DNA from: an uncultured Eubacteriales bacterium
Lineage (GTDB): Bacteria > Bacillota > Clostridia > Christensenellales > CAG-138
Reading direction: 5' to 3'
DNA length: 64,000 bases
Assembly: GCA_902798825.1 (NCBI GenBank)
Contig: CADBYI010000014.1
Span: forward strand, 6,669-70,668
Program-made: the position numbers and the translations under genes
Notes under the pieces: model-generated
The model's database searches: none
Told to the model about the DNA's origin: nothing
What the model saw: only the letters and a program-made list of their open reading frames with translations
Shown here: positions 1 to 7,538 of the stretch, one piece after another
Numbering within the stretch: the stretch's first letter is position 1
How the letters are laid out: each line of letters starts with the position of its first letter

Positions 1-2
1 AG

Positions 3-2303
3 AAGTACGACGGCCACCTGTCCGCGGGCATCTGTTCCTGCCGGGCGTCAAGGGCCATGCTGGGCGAAGGCTGCACCGACGACGAAAAGGACTGGTGCAT
101 CCAGGTGGGCGACATGGCGGACTATACCGTGGAAACGGGCCGGGCCCACTACATCACCAAGGAGGAGGCCCTGGAGATCCTGCGCAAGGCCGAGGAAAAC
201 GGGTACGTGCACCAGGTCACCAACATCGACGGCGCGGACCATATCTTCGACATCTGCAACTGCAACGTGCAGATCTGCAACGCCCTTCGGACCAGCCTGC
301 TGTACAACACGCCCAACATGTCCAAAAGCGCCTATACCGCCCGGGTGGACAAGGAAAAGTGCGTGGCCTGCGGCCGCTGCGTGGAGCTCTGCCCCGCAGG
401 CGCGTTGAAGCTGGGCCAGAAGCTCTGCCAAAAGGACGGCAAGCCCGTGGAGTACCCCAAGTCCGTGCTGCCCGACCGGATCCGCTGGGGCAAGTACGCC
501 TGGGACGAGAACTATCGGGACACCGCCCGGGTCAACACCCACAAAACCGGCTCCGCCCCCTGCAAGGCCGCCTGTCCCGCCCATGTGCCCGTCCAGGGCT
601 ATCTCAAGATGGCCCGGGAAGGCCGGTACGACGAGGCACTGGCCCTCATCAAGCGGGAAAATCCCTTCCCCGCCATCTGCGGCCGGGTGTGCAACAAGCG
701 GTGTGAGGACGCCTGCACCAGGGGCACCATCGACAAGCCCGTGGCCATCGACGACGTGAAGAAGTTCCTGGCCGAGCGGGACTTGCACGCCGAGACCCGC
801 TATGTGCCAAAGAAGGTCATCAACCGGGTGTCCGGGGAATGGCCCCAGAAGATCGCCATCATCGGCGCCGGCCCCGCGGGCCTTTCCTGCGCCTACTATC
901 TGGCCAGCCGTGGCTATCGGCCCACGGTCTTTGAAAAGAACAGCAAGCCCGGCGGCATGATGACCTATGGCATCCCCGCCTTCAAGCTGGACAAGCAGGT
1001 GGTGGACGCGGAGATCGACGTGATCCGGGCCCTGGGCGCCGAGATACGCTGCGGCGTGGAGGTGGGCAAGGACGTCACCATCCAGCAGCTGAAGGACGAG
1101 GGCTACGAAGCCTTCTACATCGCCATCGGCTGCCAGGGCGGCCGCCTCCCCGGCATCGAAAACGAAACCGCCCCCGGCACCGAGATCGCCGTCAGCTTCC
1201 TGGAGAAAGCTCTGGGCGGCAGCATGGCCGCCATGGACGGGGACACCGTCATCATCGGCGGCGGAAACGTGGCCATCGACTGCGCCCGGACCGCCCATCG
1301 GCTGGGGGCGAAAGCGGTGTCCATGTTCTGCCTGGAAACCCGGGAGACCATGCCCGCTTCCCCGGAGGAGATCGCCGAGGTGGAGGCCGAGGGCGTGAAG
1401 ATCCTTCCTTCCTGGGGTCCCAAGGAGGTCCTGGTGGACGACGAGGGCCGGGTGAAGGGCATCGTTCTCAAGCGCTGCACCGCCACCGTTGACCCCGAAA
1501 CCGGCAAGTTCAACCCCCAGTATGACGAGAACGAGACCATGACCGTGGAGGCAAAGCACATCGTCTTCGCCATCGGCCAGGCCATCGAGTGGGGCAAGCT
1601 CCTGGAGGGCACCGGCGTGAAGTTCTGGCACGGCAACTACCCCGTGGCGGACAAGTTCACCTATCAGACGGACGATCCCGCCATCTTCGTGGGCGGCGAC
1701 GTGTTCACCGGGCCCAAGTTCGTCATCGACGCCATCGGCCAGGGCCACGAGGCCGCGGAGTCCCTGGCCCGGTTCGTCTCCAAGAACAGCGTGTCCCAGA
1801 CCCTGGGCCGGGATCGGCGCTACTTCAAGCCCCTGGACAAGGACAACATCGCCATCGATTCCTACGATCACGCCCAGCGGCAGGTGCCGCCGGTGGACCC
1901 TGCCATCGACGACAAGAACGGCTTTGCCGACCCGCGCCTGGTGTTCACAGAGGAACAGGTGAAGGCGGAGACCGCCCGGTGCCTGGGCTGCGGCGCCACC
2001 ATCGTGGACGAGAACAAGTGCATCGGCTGCGGCCTGTGCACCACCCGCTGCGAGTTCGACGCCATCCATCTGCTGCGGGATCATCCCCAGAACTCCGATA
2101 TGCGCCGGGCGGAGGACAAGGTGGGCGGTCTGCTGGGCTATGCCGCCAAGCGGGCCTTCAAGATCATCGCCCACAGCGGCTCCGAGGAAGCGAAGCTGAT
2201 GCGCCGCAAGCGGAAGGCATACAACGAGGCCACCCGGGAGTTCCACAAGACCCATCCCCACACGGGCAACGCCGTGGACATCGAGGAACTCATGAAGGAC
2301 TGA
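3..2303 (+). CDS. Fe-S flavoprotein, GltD-like NAD(P)H-dependent oxidoreductase (5' end probably outside window)
   Basis: Frame is open from nt 3 to the listed ATG at 57, so the gene is likely 5'-truncated. Has the GltD-type motif CKAACPAHVPVQGYL...FPAICGRVCNKRCEDAC, a Rossmann motif IAIIGAGPAGLSCAYYL, and two ferredoxin motifs CVACGRCVELCP and CIGCGLCTTRCE. Confidence 0.8.
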   Translation, partial: KYDGHLSAGICSCRASRAMLGEGCTDDEKDWCIQVGDMADYTVETGRAHYITKEEALEILRKAEENGYVHQVTNIDGADHIFDICNCNVQICNALRTSLLYNTPNMSKSAYTARVDKEKCVACGRCVELCPAGALKLGQKLCQKDGKPVEYPKSVLPDRIRWGKYAWDENYRDTARVNTHKTGSAPCKAACPAHVPVQGYLKMAREGRYDEALALIKRENPFPAICGRVCNKRCEDACTRGTIDKPVAIDDVKKFLAERDLHAETRYVPKKVINRVSGEWPQKIAIIGAGPAGLSCAYYLASRGYRPTVFEKNSKPGGMMTYGIPAFKLDKQVVDAEIDVIRALGAEIRCGVEVGKDVTIQQLKDEGYEAFYIAIGCQGGRLPGIENETAPGTEIAVSFLEKALGGSMAAMDGDTVIIGGGNVAIDCARTAHRLGAKAVSMFCLETRETMPASPEEIAEVEAEGVKILPSWGPKEVLVDDEGRVKGIVLKRCTATVDPETGKFNPQYDENETMTVEAKHIVFAIGQAIEWGKLLEGTGVKFWHGNYPVADKFTYQTDDPAIFVGGDVFTGPKFVIDAIGQGHEAAESLARFVSKNSVSQTLGRDRRYFKPLDKDNIAIDSYDHAQRQVPPVDPAIDDKNGFADPRLVFTEEQVKAETARCLGCGATIVDENKCIGCGLCTTRCEFDAIHLLRDHPQNSDMRRAEDKVGGLLGYAAKRAFKIIAHSGSEEAKLMRRKRKAYNEATREFHKTHPHTGNAVDIEELMKD

Positions 2304-2304
2304 T

Positions 2305-2649
2305 ATGCATGAGATGGGCATCATCCTGCACCTGGCCAAATCCTTAGAGGAGACGGCCAAGGAGCAGCAGATCGAAAAGATACTTCGGGTGACGCTGCAG
2401 GTGGGGGAGGTGTCCGGCATTATGACGGATTACTTCACCGACTGCTGGAACTATTTCCGCAAGCGTCACCCGGTCCTGGAAACGGCGGAGCTGGAGCTGG
2501 AGACCATCCCCGCCGTGACCTTCTGTTCCGCCTGCGAAAGGAACTACCCCACGGTCCAATACGGCCGGGAATGCCCCTACTGTCACAGCGGTGAAACCTG
2601 GCTCATCCGGGGGAACGAGTGCATCATCAAGGAGATAGAAGTAGAATAG
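2305..2649 (+). CDS. hypA: nickel insertion metallochaperone HypA
   Basis: 114 aa with N-terminal MHE motif and C-terminal zinc ribbon CSAC...CPYC. The ATG lies 1 nt after the upstream TGA. Confidence 0.75.
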   Translation: MHEMGIILHLAKSLEETAKEQQIEKILRVTLQVGEVSGIMTDYFTDCWNYFRKRHPVLETAELELETIPAVTFCSACERNYPTVQYGRECPYCHSGETWLIRGNECIIKEIEVE

Positions 2650-2656
2650 GACCTGG

Positions 2657-2691
2657 GCGAGTTGTCGAATGTGCGGCGACTCGCTTTTTTT
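2657..2691 (+). terminator. intrinsic terminator after hypA
   Basis: 11-bp stem gcgagttgtcg / cggcgactcgc with a 6-nt loop, followed by T7. Confidence 0.7.
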
Positions 2692-2760
2692 CACAACCCT
2701 TTCACAATGTAGCCGGCGGTTTCTGCTACAATACTGTATCATATTTACCCGGAGCGTGGC

Positions 2761-5700
2761 ATGATCTCCAAATATAGCGTCAAAAAGCCCTTCACCGTGT
2801 TGGTGGCGGTCATACTGATCCTGGTCCTGGGCGGGGTTTCCGTGACCAGGATGACTCCCGATCTGTTGCCGGAGATGAGCTTTCCCTACATCGTCCTGTT
2901 CACCACCTATGTTGGCGCGGCCCCGGAGGAGGTGGAGACCACCGTCAGCAAGCCCCTGGAGCAGAGCCTGGCGGCCCTGGACGATCTGAAGGAGATATCC
3001 TCCGTCTCCTCGGAGAACGTGTCCGTGGTGTATCTGACCTTCGAGGACACGGTGAACGTGGATCGGGCCATGCTGGACATCCAGCAGGTGGTGGCCCGGC
3101 TCAAGAGCGACTGGCCGGAGGCCGTGGGCAACCCCACCAGTCTGGAGCTGTCCACGGACCTGATCCCCACGGTGGTGGCGGCGGTCCATTATGCGGACAT
3201 GGACCCCATCCAGCTGTCGGCCTTCGTCAGCGAAACGCTGACTCCCGCCCTGGAGGGCACCAACGGCGTGGCCTCGGTGAACGCCACGGGCCTGGTGGCG
3301 GAGCGGATCGAGATCGAGCTGAACAAGGAGAAGATCGATCGCCTGAACCTGAAGCTCTACGACGCCATGGATAAGACGGCCCAGGAAGCCTTCGACAAGA
3401 TCGACGAGGGTCAGCAGAAGATCGACGAGGGCCGGCAGGAGCTGGAGGACGCCAGGACGCAGCTGGACGAGGGGGAGGAGGCCCTCAAAAGCGGCAGCTA
3501 TCGGGCCAGCAAAGGATTTAAAGAGGCCAAGGGCCAGCTGGATCAGACCAAGGAGGAGCTGACGTCGGCCATCGCCCTTATGGAGGAGCAGCGTTCGGCC
3601 CTGGTGGCCCAGAAGGAAGGGGCGGACACCAAGGTCCAGGCCCTGTCGGCCCTTCAGGGCTCCCTGAACTTTTTGGAGGGCAGCAAGTCGGTGCTGGAAT
3701 CCTCCATCGCCGAGATCAACGGCAGCGACGCCCTCACCGAGGACGAGAAGGCGGCGGCCCGGGCCATTCCCCAGGCGGAGCTGGACGGGGTGAACCAGGG
3801 GCTGGCGGCCATCGACCAGCAGCTGTCCCAATACGGTCTCACCCGGGCCCAGATACCCGGGGCCATCCAGCAGCTCTCCCAGATCGACGATACCATCGCC
3901 CTGCTGGACAAGAACCTGGAGGCAGCCAGAACGGGTCTATCCCAGGTGGAAGGGGGCTATGGCGAGCTGGAGAAGAAGAAGAGCTCCGTCCGGGGCCAGA
4001 TCTCCAACGCCCAGAAGCAGATCGACGACGGCCGCAAGCAGCTGGAGGACGGGGAGGCAGAGTTGGACAACGGCCAGCAAGAGCTGGACGACGCTTTGAC
4101 CGAGGCCCAAAACCAGCTGACCTCCGCCAAGGAGGAGGCGGATCTGAACCGGATCCTCACCAAGGAACTGGTGGCCCAGCTGGTCCAGGCCCAGAATTTT
4201 GAGATGCCCGCCGGATACGTCAGCGACGGAGACGTGAGCTGGATCGTGAACGTGGGCGACAAGGTCCGGGGCGTGGAGGCCCTTGAACATGTGGCCATCC
4301 TGTCCCTGGGGCTGGAGGATTTGGACGTGGTCCGGCTGGGAGACGTGGCGGACGTGCATATCTCCGACAATAGCGACACCACCTACGCCCGCATCAACGG
4401 GGAGAACGGGGTCCTGCTCACCTTCACCCGCCAGAGCGCCTATGCCACCGCTTCCGTGGCGGACACCATCAGCGAGCGGTTCCGAGAGCTGGAGGCCCAG
4501 TATCCGGGATTGAAGTTCGTGGCCCTCATGGACCAGGGGGACTATATCCACATGGCCATCTCCGCCGTGGTCCAGAGCCTGCTGCTGGGCGGTGCGCTGG
4601 CCATCCTCATCCTGTTCCTGTTCCTGCGGGACATTCGGCCCACCTTCGCCGTGGGCATCTCCATCCCTGTGTCCGTGCTCTTCGCCCTGGTGCTCATGTA
4701 TTTCTCCGGGGTCACCATGAACGTGATCTCCATGGCGGGTCTCGCCATCGGCATCGGCATGCTGGTGGACAACTCCATCGTGGTCATCGAGAACATCTAT
4801 CGGCTCCGGGCCGAGGGGGTCCCCGCCAAGGAGGCGGCCATTCAGGGCGCCCGGGAGGTCATGGGGGCCATCACCGCCTCCACGCTGACCACGGTCTGCG
4901 TGTTCGTGCCCATCCTGTTCGTCCACGGCATGACCCGACAGGTGTTCATGGACATGATCCTGACCATCACCTATTCCCTCATGGCCAGCCTTTTGGTGGC
5001 CCTCACCGTGATCCCCGCCATGGCCCAGGGGCTGCTTCGCCGGGAGGTGAAGCCCATGGGCACCCTGGCGCGAAAGCTCATGGGGGGCTTCGAACGGGCG
5101 GTCCGCTTCACACTGCGGCACCGGGTCCTGGCGCTGCTGTTGGCCCTTTTGCTGCTGGGCGGCTCGGCCCACCTTTCCCTTCGACAGGGCTTTGAATACT
5201 TCCCCGAGAGCGGCGGCACCCAGATCAGCGTCGAGGTGAACGTGCCCGAGGACTATACCTTCGCCGACAGCTGCTTCCTGGCGGACGAGATGCTGTACGC
5301 CATGGAACAGGTGCCGGACCTCACCGACATAGGCGGCATGATCGGCGGCGGCATCACCGACGTCATTGGCCTTTCCTCCGGCGCCAACAACCAGATCACC
5401 ATCTACGCCCTGGTGGATGAAGACAGCGGCCGCAGCAGCATCGAGGCCACCCGGGACATCAAGGCGGCCCTGGCGCCCTTCAAGGATACGGTGGACTTCG
5501 AGGTGGCGGGCATGTCCACCATGAGCATGAGCTCCATGCTCCAAAGTGGCGGCTTCACCATGAACATCTTCTCCAACGACCTGGACGACCTTAGAACGGC
5601 GGCCCAGGCTGTGGCCGACAGGCTCAGGACCGTGGAAGGCCTCAAGGACGTGACCGGCGGATCGGAGGAGACCTCCCCGGCCCTGCACATCACGGTGGAC

Positions 5701-6789
5701 AAGGAGAAGGCCATCGAGCACAACCTCACCACCGCCCAGGTGTACATGGCCATCGTAGAGGAGCTGACCCACAGCGTACAGGCCACCCAGGTGACCACCA
5801 CCACGTCCTCCCTTTCCGCCACCATCCACTCCGCGGACGGGGAGACGGACCGGCAGAAGCTGGAGAAGATGTCCATCACCGCCACCTTGCGGGACGGCAC
5901 CACCGAGGAGGTGCCCCTGCGGGACATCATCACCGTCACCGAGACCGAGACCCTGTCCTCCATCCACCGGCTGGAGCAGCGGCGTTACATCTCCGTCACC
6001 GCCACCGTTGCGGACGGGTACAACGTGACGCTGGTCTCCACCCAGGCCCGCCGGGCCCTGGAGGGGTTGCAGCTGCCCGCCGGGTGCCAGGTGGAATACG
6101 CCGGTGAAAACGAGACCATCATGGACGCCATGAAGGACCTGTTCTTCATGCTGCTGCTGGGCGTGCTCATCATCTATCTCATCATGGTGGCCCAGTTCCA
6201 GTCCCTGCTGTCCCCCTTCATCGTGATTCTGACGGTGCCGCTGGCCTTCGCGGGCGGCTTCATGGGCCTTCTCGTCACCGGCTTCCATATGAGCATCGTG
6301 TCCATGGTGGGCATGATCATGCTGGTGGGCGTGGTGGTCAACAACGGCATCGTGCTGGTGGACTGCGCCAACCGGCTCCGGGAGGAGCGGGGGCTCACCA
6401 AGCGGGAGGCCATTGTCTCCGCCGCTACCATGCGTATCCGGCCCGTGCTCATGACCGCCCTCACCACCATCCTGGGCCTGCTGCCCCTGGGGATAGGCCT
6501 GGGCACCGGGGCGGAGATCATCCAGCCCGTGGCCATCGTCTGCATCGGCGGTCTGACCTACGCCACTCTTATGACCGTGTTCCTGGTCCCCGTCCTCTAT
6601 GATCTGCTGCGCCGGGACAAAAAGGCCCCCAGGCCGATCGCGGAGCCCGCACCCCAGGCGATGCCCGCCCCCGAGCCGACCCCCGTACCCCAGGTGGCGC
6701 CTGCCGCCCAGCCCGCGCCGGCCCCCGCACCGGAGCTCACCGAGGAGATGAAGCTTCTCATAGAGATTCGGGACGCCCTGAAAAAATGA
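2761..6789 (+). CDS. RND (AcrB/AcrD/AcrF-type) efflux permease with a large coiled-coil insertion and a Pro/Ala-rich C-terminal tail
   Basis: 1342 aa. AcrB-like N-terminus (KKPFTVLVAVILILVLGGVS...) and two multi-TM hydrophobic blocks. A ~260-aa charged heptad insertion lies at nt ~3340-4140. GGAG lies upstream of the ATG. Confidence 0.85.
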   Translation: MISKYSVKKPFTVLVAVILILVLGGVSVTRMTPDLLPEMSFPYIVLFTTYVGAAPEEVETTVSKPLEQSLAALDDLKEISSVSSENVSVVYLTFEDTVNVDRAMLDIQQVVARLKSDWPEAVGNPTSLELSTDLIPTVVAAVHYADMDPIQLSAFVSETLTPALEGTNGVASVNATGLVAERIEIELNKEKIDRLNLKLYDAMDKTAQEAFDKIDEGQQKIDEGRQELEDARTQLDEGEEALKSGSYRASKGFKEAKGQLDQTKEELTSAIALMEEQRSALVAQKEGADTKVQALSALQGSLNFLEGSKSVLESSIAEINGSDALTEDEKAAARAIPQAELDGVNQGLAAIDQQLSQYGLTRAQIPGAIQQLSQIDDTIALLDKNLEAARTGLSQVEGGYGELEKKKSSVRGQISNAQKQIDDGRKQLEDGEAELDNGQQELDDALTEAQNQLTSAKEEADLNRILTKELVAQLVQAQNFEMPAGYVSDGDVSWIVNVGDKVRGVEALEHVAILSLGLEDLDVVRLGDVADVHISDNSDTTYARINGENGVLLTFTRQSAYATASVADTISERFRELEAQYPGLKFVALMDQGDYIHMAISAVVQSLLLGGALAILILFLFLRDIRPTFAVGISIPVSVLFALVLMYFSGVTMNVISMAGLAIGIGMLVDNSIVVIENIYRLRAEGVPAKEAAIQGAREVMGAITASTLTTVCVFVPILFVHGMTRQVFMDMILTITYSLMASLLVALTVIPAMAQGLLRREVKPMGTLARKLMGGFERAVRFTLRHRVLALLLALLLLGGSAHLSLRQGFEYFPESGGTQISVEVNVPEDYTFADSCFLADEMLYAMEQVPDLTDIGGMIGGGITDVIGLSSGANNQITIYALVDEDSGRSSIEATRDIKAALAPFKDTVDFEVAGMSTMSMSSMLQSGGFTMNIFSNDLDDLRTAAQAVADRLRTVEGLKDVTGGSEETSPALHITVDKEKAIEHNLTTAQVYMAIVEELTHSVQATQVTTTTSSLSATIHSADGETDRQKLEKMSITATLRDGTTEEVPLRDIITVTETETLSSIHRLEQRRYISVTATVADGYNVTLVSTQARRALEGLQLPAGCQVEYAGENETIMDAMKDLFFMLLLGVLIIYLIMVAQFQSLLSPFIVILTVPLAFAGGFMGLLVTGFHMSIVSMVGMIMLVGVVVNNGIVLVDCANRLREERGLTKREAIVSAATMRIRPVLMTALTTILGLLPLGIGLGTGAEIIQPVAIVCIGGLTYATLMTVFLVPVLYDLLRRDKKAPRPIAEPAPQAMPAPEPTPVPQVAPAAQPAPAPAPELTEEMKLLIEIRDALKK

Positions 6790-6803
6790 CACATCTAACG
6801 CGA

Positions 6804-6832
6804 AGCGGAAGGCCGAAGCCTCCCGCTTTTTG
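6804..6832 (+). terminator. intrinsic terminator after the RND gene
   Basis: Stem agcggaaggc / gcctcccgct (one mismatch), loop cgaa, then T5. Confidence 0.6.
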
Positions 6833-6867
6833 TATGTTCACCTGATTCATTTTTGCCTTGATGGAGA

Positions 6868-7536
6868 TCAGAAGCCAGTTTCTTCCCTGTGTCTGGTGAC
6901 GTAGGTGAGGCGGTATCGATCCTTGGGGTCGAAGGGCCTGTCCGGCAGCTCCAGGGCGTAGCGCTCCGAGGCGTTGACGATCCGGGTGTCGCCGCTGACC
7001 AGCTCCCGCTCCGGCAGGGGCCAGCCCCTTAGATGCACGTGACCGTGGACCCAAAGGGCGGGGTGATACCGGTCCAGCAGCGTGTGAAAGCAGCCGAACC
7101 CCCGGTGGGGAAGGTCGTCCCCGTCGCCCAGCCCCAGGGGCGGCGCATGGGTGACGACGATATCCACGCCCCCGGCCCGCCACAGGGAGAAGCGGAGCCG
7201 GGCGATCCGGCGGGCCATCTGCTTTTCCGTGAACTGCAGCGGCGCGTCTGGCCGATACTGGAGGCACCCCCCCAGGCCCAGAATGCGCAGCCCCCGGTAG
7301 ATCACCAGGTGGTCGTCGATGCAGTCGCAGCCCTCCGGCGGGCGGCGATTGTACCCCTCGTCGTGGTTCCCGTGGACGTAGAGCACCGGGGCGTGGGCCA
7401 TGGTCACCAAAAAGGAGAGATAGTCCGCCTTCAGGTCCCCGGCGGACAGAACGAGATCGTATCCCTCCAGCCGCCCGGGCCGGTATTGGTCCCAGAGAGC
7501 CGGACACTCCTCGTCGGAAACGGTCAGGATGCGCAT
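6868..7536 (-). CDS. metallophosphoesterase (calcineurin-like)
   Basis: 222 aa with MRILTVSDEE, SAGDL, VHGNHD, VTHAPP and HGHVH motifs. The start lies 2 nt after the stop of the upstream gene. Confidence 0.8.
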   Translation of the reverse strand: MRILTVSDEECPALWDQYRPGRLEGYDLVLSAGDLKADYLSFLVTMAHAPVLYVHGNHDEGYNRRPPEGCDCIDDHLVIYRGLRILGLGGCLQYRPDAPLQFTEKQMARRIARLRFSLWRAGGVDIVVTHAPPLGLGDGDDLPHRGFGCFHTLLDRYHPALWVHGHVHLRGWPLPERELVSGDTRIVNASERYALELPDRPFDPKDRYRLTYVTRHREETGF

Positions 7537-7538
7537 GG

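Noticed and set aside
48-2420. 790-aa ORF on the minus strand, antisense to the GltD-like gene and hypA
   Set aside because: The translation is dominated by G, A, L, V, H, P, D and R with almost no K, N, I, F or Y, and there is no RBS. It mirrors a well-supported gene with clear motifs. This is the typical open antisense frame of high-GC coding DNA.
3937-6792. 951-aa minus-strand ORF antisense to the RND permease, plus the 495-aa ORF 2344..3831
   Set aside because: Same compositional artefact (Gly/His/Asp/Pro/Arg-rich, no domains). The plus-strand RND translation is unambiguous.
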